Shown here piece after piece: positions 27,834 through 35,975 of a DNA stretch of 39,435 nucleotides. The DNA comes from a virus. How positions within the stretch are numbered: the first letter of the stretch is position 1; each line of letters begins with the position of its first letter. The translations under genes and the position numbers were made by a program. The notes below the pieces were generated by a model that made no database searches, was not told the origin of the DNA, and saw nothing but the letters and a program-made list of their open reading frames with translations. The DNA lies in UHGV virus genome UHGV-1377012. The stretch is one strand, 5' to 3'.

Positions 27834-28525
27834 TTAACCTCCTGCGGCGGTTCTGGCAGCGGCATCCAGTGGGTTACATTGCTAATCAGACCATATTCAT
27901 TAGTTTGAGGATGGTTGCCGCTATCGTCTCCGTATTTAAGACTCTCCATAAAGCCATAATGCCTATCCCCATTAACGCTCACAAAGCCGTAATAAGCTGG
28001 CATAACGCCGATCTCACACGTAACCAGTAAAGGAAAACTAGTTCTCCAATTTAGCTCGCCAATTACAGGCATTCGCTCACTACAGCTTATCCAACCATCC
28101 GTAATTACCGGAGAGTTGCCGGGTTCTTTAATGTGCAAGCGAGGCTCACCATCTTTTGGTTCAGGCCACTGGCGCTCCATGTTAATCTTCAATTTATCTT
28201 CCATAGCAGCGGTAATTTCAGCATCGCTGATGCCAGCACGGCGCTGTGCATCCCACAACAGAAACTGCATATCAGCCCACTCGCTAAGATCGTCTGGTTC
28301 GGCTGCGGCTTCCAGTGCCTCTTTTGAGAGGTGTTTCAGTGGACCAATGGGGCCAACGCAGCCAAATGTGGAGTCAGACCATTTGGCATGCTCGTGGCGA
28401 ATCTGTTCGCGTTTCAGTGATGCCAGTGCAATCCGTGCCAGTTCCATTTGTTCGCCACGGGTAAGCCCGTTATCAAGCGGATTTTTAATGAATAATTCGA
28501 TACGTTCTTTGGTTATAGCGCTCAT
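27830..28525 (-). CDS. DUF550/DUF551-type prophage protein
   Basis: 231 aa; C-terminal HWMPLPEPP tail and central Trp/Cys-rich segment recalled from DUF551-type enterobacterial prophage proteins. Confidence 0.55.
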   Translation of the reverse strand: MSAITKERIELFIKNPLDNGLTRGEQMELARIALASLKREQIRHEHAKWSDSTFGCVGPIGPLKHLSKEALEAAAEPDDLSEWADMQFLLWDAQRRAGISDAEITAAMEDKLKINMERQWPEPKDGEPRLHIKEPGNSPVITDGWISCSERMPVIGELNWRTSFPLLVTCEIGVMPAYYGFVSVNGDRHYGFMESLKYGDDSGNHPQTNEYGLISNVTHWMPLPEPPQEVK

Positions 28526-28526
28526 C

Positions 28527-29342
28527 TCACTCTCCTTTGATGCGAATGCCAGCGGCGCGGATTGCAGCGATGACCTCAGAAACTTTGTATGCCATTACCG
28601 TTTGGTAATCATCGTGAAAATCTGTTCGATGAAGCATGCTGCTACGTTCCGGGAGCGATATTTCCCGAGCATCCAGTTCCTTAACGCGTTCCTCCAGTTC
28701 GTAGACCCTGCATTGTTCTCTATCATCAATCAGATATAACCCAAGACATTCGCTTTCTACCCAACCGCCAAAATCATGATCGTAACGCTCACATGAAAAC
28801 TCACCGTCACCGTCCTTTGTTGGAATGGTGTAACTATCTAATGGGCCACCATATGTCGGCACATTTCCCAATGTTGGATGCTCAATCCACATGAAAAATG
28901 CACGTCCGGTTATTGGGCAAAGATCTGGCCGCCATTGGTTACGAACAGCCTTGGTTTCGGATAATTCTTCAGCGTGTTGTTTTACTTCCTCAAGCTCAAC
29001 TCTCAGCTTCCCTACCGTTAGCGCAATATCCTCGTTCTCCTGGTCACGGCGTTTGATGTATTGCTGGTTTCTTTCCCGTTCATCCAGTAGTGCCAGCACG
29101 GTAGCCGGATTGGCTGCGGCGATGAATTCAGCATTGGCCTGCTGTTCTATTTGGAAATCTTTATCGAAACCGCTTTCAGGATGCGCTCCTTCAATTCTGC
29201 AAATGGGAATATATCCAGCAACTTCACGATGAATTAGCGCATCATCACCATCAAATCGGCTCTTTCCATATTCGAGCGACCACTCGCCACACGTTGCTTT
29301 TTCTGCCTTAGCACGCAGTGCCTGATAATCAATTTTGCTCAC
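28527..29342 (-). CDS. Ead/Ea22-like protein
   Basis: N-terminus MSKIDYQALRAKAEKATCGEW matches the characteristic Ea22-family start; coiled-coil middle. Confidence 0.65.
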   Translation of the reverse strand: MSKIDYQALRAKAEKATCGEWSLEYGKSRFDGDDALIHREVAGYIPICRIEGAHPESGFDKDFQIEQQANAEFIAAANPATVLALLDERERNQQYIKRRDQENEDIALTVGKLRVELEEVKQHAEELSETKAVRNQWRPDLCPITGRAFFMWIEHPTLGNVPTYGGPLDSYTIPTKDGDGEFSCERYDHDFGGWVESECLGLYLIDDREQCRVYELEERVKELDAREISLPERSSMLHRTDFHDDYQTVMAYKVSEVIAAIRAAGIRIKGE

Positions 29343-29902
29343 TGGTTGCCTCCTTTGCGAAGCTGGTCGGCGAACAAACGTACACCAGACGCTTCACTGC
29401 GTAGAAACTTAACGGCATAATCAAAACCACCTCGTTCTGCGTCGTCTGCTCCGTTGTCGAGGTTATCTGCGTACATCTCTACCCCCTGCGCCCGTACTTC
29501 AGCCATGAAAGCATCGGTGGCTGGGGTTTTGTTGTCGCACATCAATTCAAGCGCGTCGTTCCCATCAAGATTGCAGAACTCCCATGCTGACGAATAGAAC
29601 TCGATGCCAGGCCAGACTAATAGTTTATTCAATTTGTCATTTAGCCCCGCATTCTCCGCTGCCAACGCCGAAAACTTCTCGTGTGCCAACTTAACAGCCG
29701 AATCAGCCTGCTTAATTGACTCAGTCGCCCTCTGGTGGTCTTCGGCCAGCGCATTAGCACGCACCAGTTGCACTTCCAGTTGCGTTGCCAAATCGCTGAT
29801 CAGCTTTGACACACTGCGCATATCAACGGCACCACATTCTGCTTTCAGTTCCGAAGCCATCTCATGCCCGGCGGCAACTAACCCTTTGATGTTACTTTCC
29901 AT
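29339..29902 (-). CDS. Coiled-coil early protein (Ea22-like region)
   Basis: 187 aa, coiled-coil N-terminal half; 4-nt overlap with the downstream Ea22-like gene. Confidence 0.5.
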   Translation of the reverse strand: MESNIKGLVAAGHEMASELKAECGAVDMRSVSKLISDLATQLEVQLVRANALAEDHQRATESIKQADSAVKLAHEKFSALAAENAGLNDKLNKLLVWPGIEFYSSAWEFCNLDGNDALELMCDNKTPATDAFMAEVRAQGVEMYADNLDNGADDAERGGFDYAVKFLRSEASGVRLFADQLRKGGNQ

Positions 29903-29963
29903 CTTTACCCTCGCTTATCCACATAACTTATTGATTACATTGATAACTAAAAAGATCGTCGAT

Positions 29964-30308
29964 TCAGAACTCTTCGATGTTCCAGCCGCCACCTGCTTTC
30001 TTTGGTTTAACCGTTACCCCGATGATTCGGAACGGATACTGATCTGCGGCGACTTTGGTTTTCACTCTGGCGTCGTCGGTCCAGAAACCTTTCACTTCGT
30101 GCAGTTCCATCTCGCCGGTGGCGAGCATCACAGCAAAATCGGGCGTATAGAACGTGTTGTCAGCTAACCGCAGCTTGATACCCTCGAATCGATACCAGGC
30201 GATTTCCCCTGCACGTTTACGCTGCTCAAGGTACTGGCAATACGCAGATTCTGTTTTGTTCATCTGGCCTGTTTTGAGTCGACCAAGAGCCTGTATCTGT
30301 TTTCTCAT
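29964..30308 (-). CDS. DUF1064-type PD-(D/E)XK-like protein
   Basis: 114 aa; YTPDF...ELHEVKG arrangement consistent with a PD-(D/E)XK nuclease core. Confidence 0.5.
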   Translation of the reverse strand: MRKQIQALGRLKTGQMNKTESAYCQYLEQRKRAGEIAWYRFEGIKLRLADNTFYTPDFAVMLATGEMELHEVKGFWTDDARVKTKVAADQYPFRIIGVTVKPKKAGGGWNIEEF

Positions 30309-30311
30309 AAT

Positions 30312-30326
30312 TTACCTCTGAGGTAA
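30312..30326. promoter_or_regulatory. Perfect palindrome TTACC-TCTGA-GGTAA, candidate operator
   Basis: 4 bp upstream of the DUF1064 start; followed by an A-tract and CCACATAAG (30334..30342). Confidence 0.55.
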
Positions 30327-30373
30327 TTAAAAACCACATAAGACACGAAATCAATAGATTTTAGAATGTTTTA

Positions 30374-30388
30374 TTACCCAGCAGGTAA
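30374..30388. promoter_or_regulatory. Perfect palindrome TTACC-CAGCA-GGTAA, candidate operator
   Basis: Second copy 62 bp from the first, between the P-like stop and the DUF1064 start; a weak 4-bp hairpin plus A7/T7 tract (30401..30420) lies between it and the P stop. Confidence 0.55.
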
Positions 30389-30425
30389 TCATCGAGACGT
30401 AAAAAAATGCGCTATCGCGCTGGTA

Positions 30426-31211
30426 TTACTTGATAAATCCTGCCGCCTTTCCCCGCCTGTATTCCTCCATCAGCCACTGCGCCGGTGTTATTCCCCCCAG
30501 GGTGGCGGCGTTAGGCATGCACCCGAAACTTCGCCCTGGTGAATGGTAAACGTCTCTCCCTGTGTCCGGAGGTGTACTCATGGGTTCTGGCTTTGCCTGT
30601 ATGCTGATCACCGGATCGGGTATCTGCTGTCCGGAAGCCACCTTTTTCGCCCAATCATCGAGCAGCCTGCGCGCGTGTTTCTCAACCTCAATCTCGCTAA
30701 GCTGGCGCTGATACATTGCACGGCGGGTATCACATACGACCCAGTACATAACCGGATGTCGCCACGGGAATCTTTCGGGACCACCAGGATATAAACTTTT
30801 TTCCTTGCTGTACCGGTGAAACTCCGCCATCACATCGTCAATGGTGACGCCAAGAACCATCTTGCTGTCTTTGCACCACTTGATGAATTGCCCTGGCGAC
30901 GGCCAGAACGGAGACTCACTGGCGCGGGCGTGGCGCATACCAGCAGAAACCTGTTCACGGGTTCGGATCCCACCTTCGGCAAACGCAGCAATCCACTGCT
31001 GTTTTGCAGCAACTTCCTGCTCTGGCGTCTTCAGGTTGGTTACCACTGCCGCCGGAAACAGTTGTTTCAGCTGTTTGAAAAGGGCATCAACAAGCCTCTC
31101 TGCTGACATGTTCACCACATTGTCATTGTTGACGTACTGATGCTCATAACCTGACATGCGAGCAAGGGCTTCTCCGTCACGGTTTTGTATCGCGGTAAAA
31201 ACGTTGTTCAC
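30426..31211 (-). CDS. Replication protein P-like (helicase loader)
   Basis: Block QQWIAAFAEGGIRTREQVSAGMRHARASESPFWPSPGQFIKWCKD aligns by eye with the lambda P region ...RRQWVLAFRENGITTMEQVNAGMRVARRQNRPFLPSPGQFVAWCRE; GTG at 31211 with GGAGG 8 nt upstream overlaps the O-like stop (GTGA). Confidence 0.8.
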   Translation of the reverse strand: MNNVFTAIQNRDGEALARMSGYEHQYVNNDNVVNMSAERLVDALFKQLKQLFPAAVVTNLKTPEQEVAAKQQWIAAFAEGGIRTREQVSAGMRHARASESPFWPSPGQFIKWCKDSKMVLGVTIDDVMAEFHRYSKEKSLYPGGPERFPWRHPVMYWVVCDTRRAMYQRQLSEIEVEKHARRLLDDWAKKVASGQQIPDPVISIQAKPEPMSTPPDTGRDVYHSPGRSFGCMPNAATLGGITPAQWLMEEYRRGKAAGFIK

Positions 31212-32023
31212 AAGAAATCCTCCCACGCTTCAGGGCTGTTCCAGTGCGGAACGTTGTTATCAGGTAATGTTGATTGCTTCTGTCTGCTAATCTGCAGCCG
31301 CCTTGCCAGCTTCTGCTCCCACTGCGCCTGATGGTATGCCTTACCCTCAGCCATCCAGTAAATTCTGAACTCTGCAAGTTCCTGTGCCGTTGGCAGACTG
31401 TCCAGGTAGATCCCCTGCAATGAGCTTTTCCGAAGAAAGTCATCTGATGGTTGCCATTGTTCATGCATGACAAATTTGCCTAATTGCCCTGGCCCACCAG
31501 GAGGAACAAAGTTATTCATCACGGCGTTGTTTGCGCCGGGGTCATGAGGCACAGAATCCCCGCTTTTTGTCCTGCTCTCCCTCTCTTGGTTAAATGACTG
31601 GTTATATGACTGGTTCTGGATCCCGTTTTTGGGATCATTCAACATCCCGTTTTTGGGATCATTCAACATCCCGTTTTTGGGTATATTCCCGTTTTCGGGA
31701 ACATTACCGTTTTTGGGTTCATTCCCCCATTCCCGGTTGCCTTTAATGTTCCCGTTTTTGGTTATATTAAGAGAGAAAACCCGCACTCTTTTCGTCGCTC
31801 CCTTTCTCTCTCCGGTATCTGAAATAAGCCCCATTTTCATGAGCGATATAAGTCCGGCCTGCACGGTTTTTTTATTCAGACAAGTGTCTTTAACGAGGCG
31901 TTCTATGCTGGGGTAGCAGAGGTTATATTCATCGGCTCTGTCAGCCATCGAGAGCAGTATGAGCTTTAATGATGAGCTGCCTGGATCTGTCTCCCAGGCC
32001 CAATCTGTTGCATGTCTGCTCAT
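31208..32023 (-). CDS. Replication initiator (O-like, N-terminal HTH) containing the origin iterons
   Basis: N-terminal WAWE...LKLILLSMADRADEYNLCYPSIERL resembles the HTH of phage replication initiators; central PKNG repeats are the translation of the DNA iterons; directly upstream of the P-like gene. Confidence 0.7.
   Translation of the reverse strand: MSRHATDWAWETDPGSSSLKLILLSMADRADEYNLCYPSIERLVKDTCLNKKTVQAGLISLMKMGLISDTGERKGATKRVRVFSLNITKNGNIKGNREWGNEPKNGNVPENGNIPKNGMLNDPKNGMLNDPKNGIQNQSYNQSFNQERESRTKSGDSVPHDPGANNAVMNNFVPPGGPGQLGKFVMHEQWQPSDDFLRKSSLQGIYLDSLPTAQELAEFRIYWMAEGKAYHQAQWEQKLARRLQISRQKQSTLPDNNVPHWNSPEAWEDFL
31594..31761. repeat. Iteron array (candidate origin of replication) inside the initiator gene
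   Basis: Six copies of CCCGTTTT(T/C)GGG (31622, 31646, 31670, 31688, 31706, 31751), the first three on an exact 24-bp period, preceded by ATGACTGGTT twice. Confidence 0.65.
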
Positions 32024-32038
32024 GATTAATCTCCGCTA

Positions 32039-32239
32039 TCAGCTTGAGTGTTGTGGGGAGGAATTAATCATGATCTGCTTAATCTCTGCCCTGATGCGAC
32101 GGTTTGATTCCATGGTGCACTCAACACAGTGCCCGTTGTAAACCCAGCGTTCACTGTCATGTCCGTGCTTACATTGTTTTCCGGTGTAATAGCGTTTAAG
32201 TCCGCGCTTTGCGGCATCAATACGTGTAATGATTTCCAT
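32039..32239 (-). CDS. Small zinc-ribbon protein in the cII position
   Basis: 66 aa from the ATG at 32239 (the track start at 32302 adds a hydrophobic leader); CKHGH...HCVEC metal-binding pattern. Confidence 0.45.
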   Translation of the reverse strand: MEIITRIDAAKRGLKRYYTGKQCKHGHDSERWVYNGHCVECTMESNRRIRAEIKQIMINSSPQHSS

Positions 32240-32319
32240 GGTAAGCCCTGTTATTAGTATTGGGATTACGGTTATTTTGTGCTGACACAAAAAAAAGATC
32301 AACCATATTTGGTTTTTTA

Positions 32320-32334
32320 TTACCTTTGAGGTAC
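32320..32334. promoter_or_regulatory. Palindrome TTACC-TTTGA-GGTAC (one mismatch), candidate operator
   Basis: Lies between the post-cro hairpin and the zinc-ribbon gene; adjacent to CCATATTTGG (32303..32312). Confidence 0.45.
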
Positions 32335-32348
32335 GAATAGATATGAAA

Positions 32349-32368
32349 AGACCGCCGGATGGCGGTCT
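32349..32368 (-). terminator. Hairpin AGACCGCC-GGAT-GGCGGTCT downstream of the Cro-like gene
   Basis: 8-bp GC-rich stem 21 bp after the cro-like stop; only a short U-tract on the minus strand, so intrinsic termination is uncertain. Confidence 0.35.
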
Positions 32369-32389
32369 ACAGAGGGTTGTGGCTGGATA

Positions 32390-32620
32390 TCATGAGTAGA
32401 AGAAGTATGCCAGTTCTGCTTTTGAGCGCAGCCATTGTCTTGTTTTACAGGCTTTAAAAAGCCCATTCATCAATACCTTACCTGGCATTTTGCGCTTACC
32501 TGTTAAGTGAGTCTGGATATAGTGACTCGTCGTTCCGGCTTCCTGTGCGAAGGCTTCACGCTCATCCGGAGTAAGTGCAAGCCAGTGCTTTTTGAAATCG
32601 AAATGTCCGTTATCGCTCAT
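32390..32620 (-). CDS. Cro-like HTH regulator
   Basis: 76 aa; GTTSHYIQTHLTGKRKMPGKV resembles the Cro/CI-type HTH; first gene of the rightward-equivalent early operon, divergent from the repressor-like gene. Confidence 0.65.
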   Translation of the reverse strand: MSDNGHFDFKKHWLALTPDEREAFAQEAGTTSHYIQTHLTGKRKMPGKVLMNGLFKACKTRQWLRSKAELAYFFYS

Positions 32621-32656
32621 AGCTATTGCCTGATATTTATTTCAGATAATAAATAT

Positions 32657-32719
32657 TCACCCATAAGGTAACAAAAATCAAGGATAGTTACCTATGGGGT
32701 GCATTTACCTGTTGGGTAA
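32657..32719. promoter_or_regulatory. Operator cluster (OR-equivalent): three TTACC-N5-GGTAA-type sites
   Basis: TCACC-CATAA-GGTAA (32657..32671), TTACC-TATGG-GGTGC (32688..32702) and perfect TTACC-TGTTG-GGTAA (32705..32719) in the 154-bp divergent intergenic region. Confidence 0.6.
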
Positions 32720-32774
32720 TATTGCTTTAAATTGAATCATCTACTGATTCATATATGAGGCGATTTTCCAGAAA

Positions 32775-33359
32775 ATGAAAAGTATCCAGGACGTCCGCAG
32801 GCAAAATCTCAACGACTTGATCGACCGTGAATTCAATGGTGTTCAGACGCGGATGGCAGAAAAACTTGGAACTCAGGCAAATCTGGTAAACCGCTGGGCT
32901 CTTGGCAAGAAGGTTATCGGCGACCAGGTTGCGCGAAAAATTGAAGCTGCCGCCAATAAACCCCGTAACTGGCTTGATATCGATCGCTCGCTTTCTCAGG
33001 AAGGTTTTCAGCCTGTCGGCCCGAGCGATATAGGTCAGCTGGCGGCTCACAACCTGGAACGCTGGATGAGCGAAAGCCGCGACCTTTCAACACAGGGAAA
33101 ACTTCACCGCGCATCCGGCGTCGCCCAGGTGACAATCAGCCGCCTGTTAAACAATGAGGTCAGCGTTTCCATTTCCACCCTGGAGAATGTTGCATCCGCA
33201 TTCGGGCGTCACGGCTATGAATTACTGATTCACCCGCACGACCCTGCGACCATCAACTATGACCGCTCGCGCTACGCATTGTTACCCGAAACCGAGAAAG
33301 CAAAGATCGAAAGTTACATTGAATTTGTCATCAACCAGAACGAAAAAAACAAACAATAA
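32775..33359 (+). CDS. Repressor-like DNA-binding protein with two HTH-like segments and no recognisable S24 autopeptidase domain
   Basis: 194 aa; TRMAEKLGTQANLVNRWALGKK and GVAQVTISRLLNNEVSVSISTLENVASAFG look like HTH motifs; no Ala-Gly/Ser...Lys LexA-type cleavage module seen in the C-terminal region; divergent from the Cro-like gene and followed by a strong terminator. Confidence 0.55.
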   Translation: MKSIQDVRRQNLNDLIDREFNGVQTRMAEKLGTQANLVNRWALGKKVIGDQVARKIEAAANKPRNWLDIDRSLSQEGFQPVGPSDIGQLAAHNLERWMSESRDLSTQGKLHRASGVAQVTISRLLNNEVSVSISTLENVASAFGRHGYELLIHPHDPATINYDRSRYALLPETEKAKIESYIEFVINQNEKNKQ

Positions 33360-33380
33360 AATCATATTTTTCATTAAGTA

Positions 33381-33406
33381 AGCCGCCTTCTGGCGGCTTT
33401 TTTATT
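33381..33406 (+). terminator. Rho-independent terminator AGCCGCC-TTCT-GGCGGCT followed by T-tract
   Basis: 7-bp GC stem followed by TTTTTTATT, 22 bp after the repressor-like stop. Confidence 0.75.
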
Positions 33407-33416
33407 GCCTGCACAA

Positions 33417-33493
33417 TTACCTTAAGGGTAATTTTTTTAACTCATATCTATTGACACCAAACCAAATACGCATAATCATTACCTCAACGGTAA
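33417..33493 (+). promoter_or_regulatory. OL-equivalent: two perfect palindromes flanking a TTGACA hexamer
   Basis: TTACC-TTAAG-GGTAA (33417..33431), TTGACA (33451..33456), TTACC-TCAAC-GGTAA (33479..33493), directly upstream of the early-left operon. Confidence 0.55.
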
Positions 33494-33512
33494 CAGACCG
33501 AGGTAACAAGTT

Positions 33513-33665
33513 ATGCAGTGGAAAATCATCAACGGTTGGTACTGCGTTACTGCATGCGGATTCATGAGCTGGAAGTTCCGCACCTTACAGGAAGGCATTA
33601 AGTGGGCTTTCGTCAGCAAAGAAGCTCGCGATGTGGCCAACGATAACGAGATATGGGAGGGCTGA
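33513..33665 (+). CDS. Small ORF (50 aa), first gene of the early-left operon
   Basis: ATG with GAGG 9 nt upstream; Trp/Cys-containing; below the track size cutoff. Confidence 0.3.
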   Translation: MQWKIINGWYCVTACGFMSWKFRTLQEGIKWAFVSKEARDVANDNEIWEG

Positions 33666-33667
33666 TA

Positions 33668-33967
33668 ATGAACGTTAATCAGCAGAAAAATCTTCAAAAA
33701 ATCATGCTGGAATTCGACAAGGACTACCGCCTGTCAGAACAGCTATATGACCGACAAGTCGAACTGATTGAGAGTATCCGGCTTCATCAACTGGCATCAA
33801 CTTTCGACGTTGTAACAGTTAAAGGCGTTCGCCAGGAAGTACTGGAGGCCGCTAAAGACAGCCCTGAGTTCGAAGAACTAATGGATGCCTACCGGCGCGA
33901 GGCAATGGCAATTATCGCCCGCTGGGATCTGGCTGATCAGCTTGATGGGCAGAGGGACGCGGCATGA
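33668..33967 (+). CDS. Hypothetical early protein
   Basis: 99 aa from the ATG at 33668 (GGGAGGG 7 nt upstream); the track start at 33653 is less likely. Confidence 0.5.
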   Translation: MNVNQQKNLQKIMLEFDKDYRLSEQLYDRQVELIESIRLHQLASTFDVVTVKGVRQEVLEAAKDSPEFEELMDAYRREAMAIIARWDLADQLDGQRDAA

Positions 33968-34170
33968 AACCAACACTCCTCTCATTGCTGCGAGGTGGAA
34001 AACACAGCATCCGAGATATGGCAAAGATTCTTGGTATCTCAAGATCGAAGGTTTCTTGGTTCATCGCTGAGCTTGAACGTCGCAAATGGGTAGAGGTAAC
34101 CAGGAGCGCAATATATTTCCACGATGGAACCCGTTCCAACAAGCAGAACGAATACAAGGTTAAGTTATGA
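33964..34170 (+). CDS. Small HTH/winged-helix DNA-binding protein
   Basis: 68 aa; SIRDMAKILGISRSKVSWFIAELERRKWV looks like an HTH; ATGA overlaps on both sides. Confidence 0.5.
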   Translation: MKPTLLSLLRGGKHSIRDMAKILGISRSKVSWFIAELERRKWVEVTRSAIYFHDGTRSNKQNEYKVKL

Positions 34171-34988
34171 ATACTGGCATCTATTTCGACATCAGCAATG
34201 AGGACTACCACGCCGGTGACGGCGTGAGTAAGTCGCAACTGGACATGGTTGCCAAGAATCCGGCGCTTCTTAAATGGGTTCAGGCAGCACCAGAAGACGA
34301 AGAGAAAAAGTCTGCACTGGATATGGGAACCGCATTGCACTGTCTGCTTCTGGAGCCTAGAGAGTTCGACAAACGCTTCATTGTTTCACCGAAATTCGAT
34401 CGTCGGACGAAACAAGGTAAAGCTGACGAAGAGGCATTTCTTCGTGATGTGGCGGATATGGGGATTACGGTACTTGATGCCGAGCAGTGGCGGAAACTGG
34501 AGCTGATGCGTGATAGCGCAATGGCTCACCCGGCGGCACGCTGGATGTTGGAAGCACCTGGTTACTGCGAAGCATCAATGTACTGGAACGATGAAGAGAC
34601 GGGTGAGTTGTGCCGAATTCGTCCAGACAAATGGCTGAACGAGCACAACGTGATCGTCGACGTGAAAAAGGTTGCAGATATGGACCGTTTTGCACGCCAC
34701 ATCGAGGAATTCCGCTACCACGTGCAGGACGCAATGTACCGCGAAGGCGCAATGAGGGTTACTGGTCAGCCGCATGGTTTTTTCTTTCTTGCCGTGAGCG
34801 AAAGCATTGATTGTGGTCGGTATCCGGTACGCGTGTTCGAGCTGGATGCGCAGGATGTCGATGCCGGGCACGCTCTGTTCCGCCGGGATCTGAATACCTA
34901 TCACGAATGCCGCATCAATGATGAATGGGGCGGTGTGGAAATCATTAAACGCCCTGAGTGGGCACGCAAACAGGATATGTACATATGA
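34167..34988 (+). CDS. RecE-like / PD-(D/E)XK exonuclease (recombination exonuclease)
   Basis: 273 aa; GIYFDISNEDYHAGDGVSKSQL N-terminus and downstream ...DVKK block consistent with the exonuclease VIII-type nuclease domain; immediately upstream of RecT. Confidence 0.7.
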   Translation: MNTGIYFDISNEDYHAGDGVSKSQLDMVAKNPALLKWVQAAPEDEEKKSALDMGTALHCLLLEPREFDKRFIVSPKFDRRTKQGKADEEAFLRDVADMGITVLDAEQWRKLELMRDSAMAHPAARWMLEAPGYCEASMYWNDEETGELCRIRPDKWLNEHNVIVDVKKVADMDRFARHIEEFRYHVQDAMYREGAMRVTGQPHGFFFLAVSESIDCGRYPVRVFELDAQDVDAGHALFRRDLNTYHECRINDEWGGVEIIKRPEWARKQDMYI

Positions 34989-35926
34989 GCAACGACATCG
35001 CAAACATCAACGCACCAGTAGACACAGCAATCGCTGGAACTGCTGCAACTATTTTCAGCCCAGACGGCTTGAACCAACTGATGAAATTCGCCGAGGTAAT
35101 GGCGCAAAGCCGCGTAACGGTACCGGCGCACCTCGCCGGGAAACCAGCTGATTGCATGGCCGTGGCAATGCAGGCTGCGCAGTGGGGAATGAACCCGTTT
35201 GCCGTGGCTCAGAAAACCCATGTTGTGAACGGCACGCTAGGTTATGAAGCCCAATTAGTAAACGCAGTTATCTCAACGATGTCGCCAACAAAAGATCGCA
35301 TCAACTACGAGTGGTTCGGGCCGTGGGAACGCGTGATCGGTAAGTTTGTTGAGAAAACATCCAAAAACGGCAATCCATATATCGCACCAGGCTGGACTCT
35401 AAAAGACGAAGAAGGCTGCGGTGTTCGCGTATGGGCAACCATGAAGGGCGAGGATCAACCTCGAGTGCTTGAGTTAATGCTGTCTCAAGCACAGGTAAGA
35501 AACTCCACACTTTGGGCCAGTGATCCGAAACAACAACTCGCATACCTTGCGACAAAACGATGGTCTCGCTTGCACTGTCCTGACGTAATCATGGGCGTCT
35601 ACACACCAGACGAATTACAGGAAACGGCACCGCGCGTTGAGCGAGACATTACTCCGCAAACGACTACTGCTGCGGGAATGAACAGTCTGATCAACGCTAA
35701 ATCAGTGAAAAAGCCTGATGAGCAAACGCGTAAAGCGGATAGCCGTGATCCAGAAGAAATGCTGATGGCCTTTACCAGCGCAGCGATGAATTACAGCACT
35801 GTCTCCGAACTGGATAAGGCTTACAAATACATTGCACAAAAACTTTCAGATGATGACGAACTGCTGGCAAAAGCCACCGACGTTTACAGCGTTCGTCGGG
35901 AAGAATTAAACGAAACATCTATGTAA
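34985..35926 (+). CDS. recT: RecT-family single-strand annealing protein
   Basis: 313 aa from the ATG at 34985 (ATGA overlap with the exonuclease); central region typical of RecT; paired with a RecE-like nuclease. Confidence 0.75.
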   Translation: MSNDIANINAPVDTAIAGTAATIFSPDGLNQLMKFAEVMAQSRVTVPAHLAGKPADCMAVAMQAAQWGMNPFAVAQKTHVVNGTLGYEAQLVNAVISTMSPTKDRINYEWFGPWERVIGKFVEKTSKNGNPYIAPGWTLKDEEGCGVRVWATMKGEDQPRVLELMLSQAQVRNSTLWASDPKQQLAYLATKRWSRLHCPDVIMGVYTPDELQETAPRVERDITPQTTTAAGMNSLINAKSVKKPDEQTRKADSRDPEEMLMAFTSAAMNYSTVSELDKAYKYIAQKLSDDDELLAKATDVYSVRREELNETSM

Positions 35927-35975
35927 CCACCACCGCGGCGCCACGCGCGCCGCACTGCAACCAAGAGAGGTATTT

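Noticed and set aside
31594-31761. Short tandem repeats that could be taken for a CRISPR array or minisatellite
   Set aside because: Repeat unit is only 12 bp with 24-bp period, lies inside a replication initiator gene, and has no unique spacers or cas genes; interpreted as origin iterons.
32727-33050. Minus-strand 107-aa ORF overlapping the start of the repressor-like gene
   Set aside because: It would read through the operator region and overlap the better-supported plus-strand gene; no RBS; considered spurious.
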